A stretch of DNA of 64,000 nt from an uncultured Clostridia bacterium (GTDB lineage Bacteria; Bacillota; Clostridia; Christensenellales; UBA3700), in contig CALWRK010000001.1 of assembly GCA_944383935.1 (NCBI GenBank), positions 19,484 through 83,483 of the forward strand. Reading direction: 5' to 3'. Position 1 is the stretch's first letter; each line of letters opens with the position of its first letter. The position numbers and the translations under genes were made by a program. Shown here in pieces: positions 59,194 through 64,000 of this stretch. Under the pieces are notes generated by a model, which ran no database searches, was not told the origin of the DNA, and saw nothing but the letters and a program-made list of their open reading frames with translations.

Positions 59194-60405
59194 TTATTTT
59201 CCGTACACGACTTCGCGTGTATCGCGGGCTATGACTATCTCTTCATTGGTGGGCACTATGAGCATCTTCACCTTGGAGTCGGCGGTGCTTATCTCCGCTA
59301 TCTGTCCGCGAGGGGCTTTATCCGACGCTTTCACATCGAACTTTGCGCCCAAAAACTCCATATCCTTGCATATATCGCGGCGCGCGTCGGCAGAATTTTC
59401 GCCTATGCCCCCGGTGAATATGATGGCGTCCAGTCCATTCATTGCAGTGGCAAAACCGCCCACTATCTTTCTGATCTGATATCCGAATACGTCCATGGCA
59501 AGGCGCGCTTTTTCGTCGCCTTCCGCGATCAGACGGTATATATCTCGGCAATCGGAATATCCGCAATATCCCACGAAACCGCACTTTTTATTGAGATAGT
59601 AAAGGGTTTCTTCCGAAGTCATGCCTCGTTTTTTGCCTAAATAGTCCACGATGAACGGATCTACGCTGCCGCTTCTCGTTCCCATCAGCATTCCTGCAAG
59701 CGGAGTCATGCCCATAGACGTATCCACGCACTTGCCGTCCTTTACAGCCGTTATTGAAGAACCGTTGCCCAAATGACAGGTGATAATCTTGCCTGCGGGA
59801 AGTTTCTTTTCTTTGAGATATTCTATCGCCTTGGCGCTGACATAGCGGTGCGATGCGCCGTGGAAGCCGTACTTGCGCACATGGTACTTCTCGTAGTCCT
59901 CATACGCCACGCCATACATATACGCCTGCGGAGGCATTGTGGAATGGAAATAGGTGTCGAATACGCCTACGTTGGGCACTCCGGGCATGACCTTCATGCA
60001 AGAGCGCACGCAACTTACGTTTGCGGGCATATGCAGCGGAGCCAAATCCCTGTCTGCATACAAGCTGTCCAGCTTTGCCTCGTTCAAAAGGCAGGGCTTT
60101 GAACCGCCCGTGCCCGAGTGTACGAACCTGTGACCTACCGCGGATATTTCGTCCACGGAATTGATTACTCCGTGCTCCTTATCCGTAAGCAGCTGCATGA
60201 GTTGATTGAACGCTTCCGTATGATCGGCAAGCTCGACCTTCTTTTCCACTTCGCCGTTTATGCCGCTGTGCTTAATGTTGGGCGAAGAAAAACCTTTCAG
60301 CCCGATGCGCTCTATTCCGCCCTTGCACAACACGGATTCATCCGTCATCTCTATGAGCTGATATTTAAGCGAAGAACTACCTGCATTTACAGTCAGAATT
60401 TTCAT
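59194..60405 (-). CDS. ackA: acetate kinase
   Basis: MKILTVNAGSSSLKYQL and conserved ASKHA motifs (FHGASHRY, IITCHLGNGSS). Confidence 0.97.
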   Translation of the reverse strand: MKILTVNAGSSSLKYQLIEMTDESVLCKGGIERIGLKGFSSPNIKHSGINGEVEKKVELADHTEAFNQLMQLLTDKEHGVINSVDEISAVGHRFVHSGTGGSKPCLLNEAKLDSLYADRDLAPLHMPANVSCVRSCMKVMPGVPNVGVFDTYFHSTMPPQAYMYGVAYEDYEKYHVRKYGFHGASHRYVSAKAIEYLKEKKLPAGKIITCHLGNGSSITAVKDGKCVDTSMGMTPLAGMLMGTRSGSVDPFIVDYLGKKRGMTSEETLYYLNKKCGFVGYCGYSDCRDIYRLIAEGDEKARLAMDVFGYQIRKIVGGFATAMNGLDAIIFTGGIGENSADARRDICKDMEFLGAKFDVKASDKAPRGQIAEISTADSKVKMLIVPTNEEIVIARDTREVVYGK

Positions 60406-61418
60406 TTTTTATCCCCCTTGTTTGCGTCGTTTTGCTGGGCTTGCACGGCGGTTATAGCTACTACGGACACGATATCGTCCACACTGCAACCGCGAGAGAG
60501 GTCGTTAACCGGCTTTGCAAATCCCTGGCATATAGGACCTATCGCCTCCGCACCGGAGAAGCGTTGAACCAACTTATAGCCTATATTGCCCGCCTCCAAA
60601 GAGGGGAAGATAAGCACGTTGGCATTACCTGCCACCGGCGAATCGGGCGCTTTGAGTCGCGCCACTGAGGGCACTATTGCCGCGTCCACCTGCAATTCCC
60701 CGTCTATAAGCAATTCGGGATGGGCGTATTTTACGAAGTTCGTGGCTGCCACCACTTTGTCCACTTCCTCATGCTTTGCACTCCCCTTGGTGGAGAAAGA
60801 AAGCATCGCTATACGAGGCTCAATGCCCGCCATGAGCTTTGCCGTTTGGGCGGAAGCAACCGCTATGTCCGCAAGTTGCTGAGCGGTGGGAGCAATATTT
60901 ACGGCGCTGTCGCCGAACACCATGACGTGCCTGTCTTTCATCTGCGTTTCGTCCAGACACATAATAAAACAGCTGCTTACGGTCCTGATGCCGGGTGCGG
61001 TTTTTATAATTTGAAGTCCTGCTCTGAGTACGTTGCCGGTAGCGTTGATTGCACCTGCAACCATGCCGTCTGCAAGTCCTTTTCTGACCATCATAGCTCC
61101 GTAGAAGAGAGGATTCTTCATGGTCAAGCGCGCCTGCTCCAAAGTCATGCCCTTGGCTTTGCGCAATTCGTAATATTCGTTGATATACTCTTCGTTTTCC
61201 CCTGTCAGCGGATTGACTATGGTGATATTCTTGCCTTTGAAGTTGGGATACATATCCTTTATCTTGGCTTCGTCACCCAAAAGAATAAGTTTTGCAATGC
61301 CCTTGGCTGCTACGATCTGCGACGCCGCCACGGTACGCGGCTCTTCACCTTCCGCCAAAACTATGGTTTTGACATTGTGCTGTGCCTTGGCAATTATGTC
61401 ATCTATGACCTTGCTCAC
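60402..61418 (-). CDS. pta: phosphate acetyltransferase (short Pta form)
   Basis: 338 aa. IVLAEGEEPRT and C-terminal PVNDLSRGCS. 4-nt overlap with ackA. Confidence 0.95.
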   Translation of the reverse strand: MSKVIDDIIAKAQHNVKTIVLAEGEEPRTVAASQIVAAKGIAKLILLGDEAKIKDMYPNFKGKNITIVNPLTGENEEYINEYYELRKAKGMTLEQARLTMKNPLFYGAMMVRKGLADGMVAGAINATGNVLRAGLQIIKTAPGIRTVSSCFIMCLDETQMKDRHVMVFGDSAVNIAPTAQQLADIAVASAQTAKLMAGIEPRIAMLSFSTKGSAKHEEVDKVVAATNFVKYAHPELLIDGELQVDAAIVPSVARLKAPDSPVAGNANVLIFPSLEAGNIGYKLVQRFSGAEAIGPICQGFAKPVNDLSRGCSVDDIVSVVAITAVQAQQNDANKGDKK

Positions 61419-61515
61419 TTTCTGCCTCCGAAATCACTTTATTTTATCGTGAGATAATGCTATACTAATTATATACCATTGAGAAAATATTTGCAAAAGG
61501 ATTTGGGACAAATAA

Positions 61516-62649
61516 TTGAAAATTGCGGCTGTAATATGTGAATTTAATCCCTTCCATAACGGGCACGCTCATCTTTTAAGCAAGATAAAAGGTGACGGCG
61601 GACGACAGGTGGTATGCGTGATGAGCGGAAACGTGACTCAGCGCGGTAAACTGGCGTGCGCCGATAAATATACGCGCGCGGAACACGCCGTAAAAGGCGG
61701 AGCGGATATGGTGGCGGAACTGCCTGCGGAATACGCCTGTGCCCCTGCCGAGATATTCGCTTTGGGCGGCGTGAAAGTGGCGCGCCTGTGCGGAGCGGAA
61801 GAACTCTGGTTCGGCAGCGAATGCGGTGACATAGAACTCATACGAGCCGCCGCGCGTCTGACCTCTCCCTCCAATATTCCTTATCAAAAACGCGTGAAAG
61901 AAATACTGGAAGAAGGGGTTTCCTATCCGGTGGCAATGCAACGCGCCGCCCGCGAATTCGCCGATGAAGAGGTGGCGGAGGTATTGACCTCCCCCAACAA
62001 TATGCTGGGGGTGGAATATGTGCGCGCGGCTGAGAATTTGGGGTGCAATATGCGCCTTGTAACCATCCCCCGCTTATATTCCTCCCATTTGAGCGAGGAG
62101 CTGGAGGGTGGAATTTCCTCTTCAAAAGCCATCCGACGCGCGGCAAAAGAAGGAGATGTGGAAAAAGCCGCCTGCGCCGTACCCGACTATGTGTTTCCCG
62201 TATTGAAGAATAAAGACAGCTCTGCGGGCTTTGCATCAATATTGAAAAAGACTATTTTGACGTCCGACTTAAAGAATATCTGCGACATGGGCGAAGGATT
62301 GGACAATAAAATACGCAAACTTGCGCTCTCCTGCTCCGATCAAGACGAGCTTGCGCTCTCCGTAAAATCCAAGCGCTACACCTTTGCACGCATAAACAGA
62401 TTGCTTATGAATATCGCTCTGGGAAACACCTTCACCGCGCAACGGCTGAAAGAATGCGCCGTAAGCTATATCAACGTGCTGGCTGTGAAGAGGGAGAGTC
62501 GGCACCTTCTGCGCGCCCTCGCGCGTCCGGCGATCACTCGCCCTCGCGACAGAATCAGACTGAATATACCCCCATGTTTGACAGACAGCGCAGATCTTTT
62601 ATTTAAGTGCTGCGCCTATGACTACGATGATAAGATGAAGCTAATATAA
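61516..62649 (+). CDS. tmcAL: tRNA(Met) cytidine acetate ligase TmcAL (YlbM/UPF0348 nucleotidyltransferase)
   Basis: N-terminal AAVICEFNPFHNGHAHLL (HxGH nucleotidyltransferase motif). TTG start codon. Confidence 0.85.
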   Translation: MKIAAVICEFNPFHNGHAHLLSKIKGDGGRQVVCVMSGNVTQRGKLACADKYTRAEHAVKGGADMVAELPAEYACAPAEIFALGGVKVARLCGAEELWFGSECGDIELIRAAARLTSPSNIPYQKRVKEILEEGVSYPVAMQRAAREFADEEVAEVLTSPNNMLGVEYVRAAENLGCNMRLVTIPRLYSSHLSEELEGGISSSKAIRRAAKEGDVEKAACAVPDYVFPVLKNKDSSAGFASILKKTILTSDLKNICDMGEGLDNKIRKLALSCSDQDELALSVKSKRYTFARINRLLMNIALGNTFTAQRLKECAVSYINVLAVKRESRHLLRALARPAITRPRDRIRLNIPPCLTDSADLLFKCCAYDYDDKMKLI

Positions 62650-62671
62650 AATAAATGCAATTTGCAATGAC

Positions 62672-62697
62672 AAAGGCGGTTATCCGCCTTTTTCTTA
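62672..62697 (+). terminator. rho-independent terminator between convergent genes
   Basis: AAAGGCGG (62672-62679) / CCGCCTTT (62684-62691) with a 4-nt loop, then TTTCTTATCT. Confidence 0.7.
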
Positions 62698-62703
62698 TCT
62701 CAC

Positions 62704-64000
62704 CTAAACTTTTTTATCGCTTGCGGAAGATTCTCCCTCGAAGTTTTTCGTATCGGCAGCCTCTTGCGCCTCTTCGCCTGCCCCATTTATTGCGGCTTTT
62801 TTGCCTTTGCCGGGTTTTTTATGTTTGTTTTTGTAATCGAGAACGGCGCATATCGCGACTCCCGCCACGACTATTGCCAACAATATGAACAGATAATATG
62901 GATTGAACGGCATGGCGGTATCATCGGGATCGTACTCCCCTTCGGAATAAGCCAAAGCGTCGATATTTATCATATCCCCGCCTTCCGCCTCCACTCTTAT
63001 CGTATGGCTGCCCACCTCGTCCAGTTTGGCATAGAACACCACGGCTTGGTATGTCTGCACATCCGCATGAAGGGATATACTCGTATATTTCCTGCCGTCT
63101 ATATATATGGTTGCGTTGCCGTAGCGCGGTCCGGCAGTCGCCATAACCGCCACCTCGTCCCCGTAGAAATTATATTCCGCGTACGCATCTCCCGTATTCA
63201 CCGCGATACTTCCGTTTATGCTCACTCCTCCGGCAAGACGCGACCAATTTCCCTCATACCATATACTCGAACTTGTATGCGGTACGAAAGTGCAGTTGTC
63301 TACGACGTTGCCCGCCTCTATCTCCCTAATACGCAGATTGCCGCTGCCGGTAATTTCCAGCCTGAGCGCGGAATAACTCCCGTCGCACGCCAAACGAATA
63401 TCGCCCGTCAGATTGTCGGCGAGTTTTCTCCACTCCCCGTCATAGAGCATAACGGCATAATTCACCCCTTCGGCGGAGGCGTATACGCGCACATAGTCCA
63501 ACTCCGTCGGCTTGTCGAAATTGAGAGTATAAGTACCTCTGTTTCTGGTGCTCAGCACAAACGAGGACACGCTGCTCGCGTCGCCGTCGAGCACAGCCGC
63601 CTGTTCTCCTGAAACGGCAGACGCCCCCGAGCCTATTACTCCCGTCCAGCCGGAAGTGTCCGCGCCCATATATAAGGTATCGGGATAAGCCACCCCCTGC
63701 AAGGACACATACGGAGCGGTATATTTCATCTGCTCGCTCTTGGATGTCCCCGGGAAGGACATATATTCTGCCCGCACGGGGAGGTAATCCCCTCCGTCCT
63801 TGGACACATATAAGGTCAGGCTGTTGGATATACCGGGCTGTATCAAATACATATCGAAGCGATATACATACCCCGATTTAAGCTCTTCGGTGTGACTGAG
63901 CAATCCCAACGTCTGCACCGGAACATAGTTGTCGAACATGGTGAACTCATAGTCCCCCACTCCGAAGTCCACGCGATAGTAGCAAAAGCCCGTATCGGAA
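62704..64000 (-). CDS. C-terminally membrane-anchored surface protein with beta-sandwich (discoidin/CBM-like) domains, partial (N-terminus beyond the right edge)
   Basis: The ORF-track start at 63972 is a GTG, but the frame stays open through 64000 (SDTGFCYYRV...), so the gene is 5'-truncated by the window. C-terminus: TM helix YYLFILLAIVVAGVAICAVL followed by a Lys-rich tail. Confidence 0.65.
   Translation of the reverse strand, partial: SDTGFCYYRVDFGVGDYEFTMFDNYVPVQTLGLLSHTEELKSGYVYRFDMYLIQPGISNSLTLYVSKDGGDYLPVRAEYMSFPGTSKSEQMKYTAPYVSLQGVAYPDTLYMGADTSGWTGVIGSGASAVSGEQAAVLDGDASSVSSFVLSTRNRGTYTLNFDKPTELDYVRVYASAEGVNYAVMLYDGEWRKLADNLTGDIRLACDGSYSALRLEITGSGNLRIREIEAGNVVDNCTFVPHTSSSIWYEGNWSRLAGGVSINGSIAVNTGDAYAEYNFYGDEVAVMATAGPRYGNATIYIDGRKYTSISLHADVQTYQAVVFYAKLDEVGSHTIRVEAEGGDMINIDALAYSEGEYDPDDTAMPFNPYYLFILLAIVVAGVAICAVLDYKNKHKKPGKGKKAAINGAGEEAQEAADTKNFEGESSASDKKV

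Overview
This looks like an ordinary core-genome segment of a Firmicutes (Clostridia-like) chromosome. It is not an accessory island. From about 9.5 kb to 61.4 kb, 45 of 46 CDS lie on the minus strand. They form the housekeeping blocks known from Bacillus subtilis: recG-yloV-asp23, rpe-rsgA-rlmN-rsmB-fmt-def-priA-coaBC-rpoZ-gmk-yicC, ligA-pcrA, glyA, aspS-hisS, hslUV-trmFO-topA-dprA-comM, rplS, yraN-rnhB-ylqF-trmD-rimM-ylqC-rpsP-ffh-ylxM, ftsY-smc-rnc-plsX-rpmF and ackA-pta. The left 9.5 kb is more accessory. It holds transporters (MATE, MFS plus YhcH, NSS), a zinc-ribbon membrane protein paired with an XRE regulator, a metallophosphoesterase, six tRNA genes and a gene-less gap of about 0.9 kb. 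I found no CRISPR array, integrase, transposase, recognisable defence genes or rRNA, and no convincing discrete novel multi-gene system. The points most worth a second look are: (1) an in-frame Rrf2 winged-helix / NifS cysteine desulfurase fusion; (2) a large lipobox plus CBM-like plus polytopic membrane protein translationally coupled to comM; (3) rsgA, whose conserved N-terminus has no canonical start codon (an ATAA junction where ATGA is expected); (4) a perfect consensus promoter placed so that the LRR lipoprotein mRNA would be leaderless; (5) the gene-less gap with a split direct repeat; (6) several canonical neighbours missing from a very compact gene chain (stp/prkC, remA, acpP, yceD, the hisS T-box); and (7) codon-aligned antisense ORFs of more than 500 codons, which I read as shadow ORFs. 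All calls come from reading the sequence, hand translation and remembered family motifs. No database search or computation was run.
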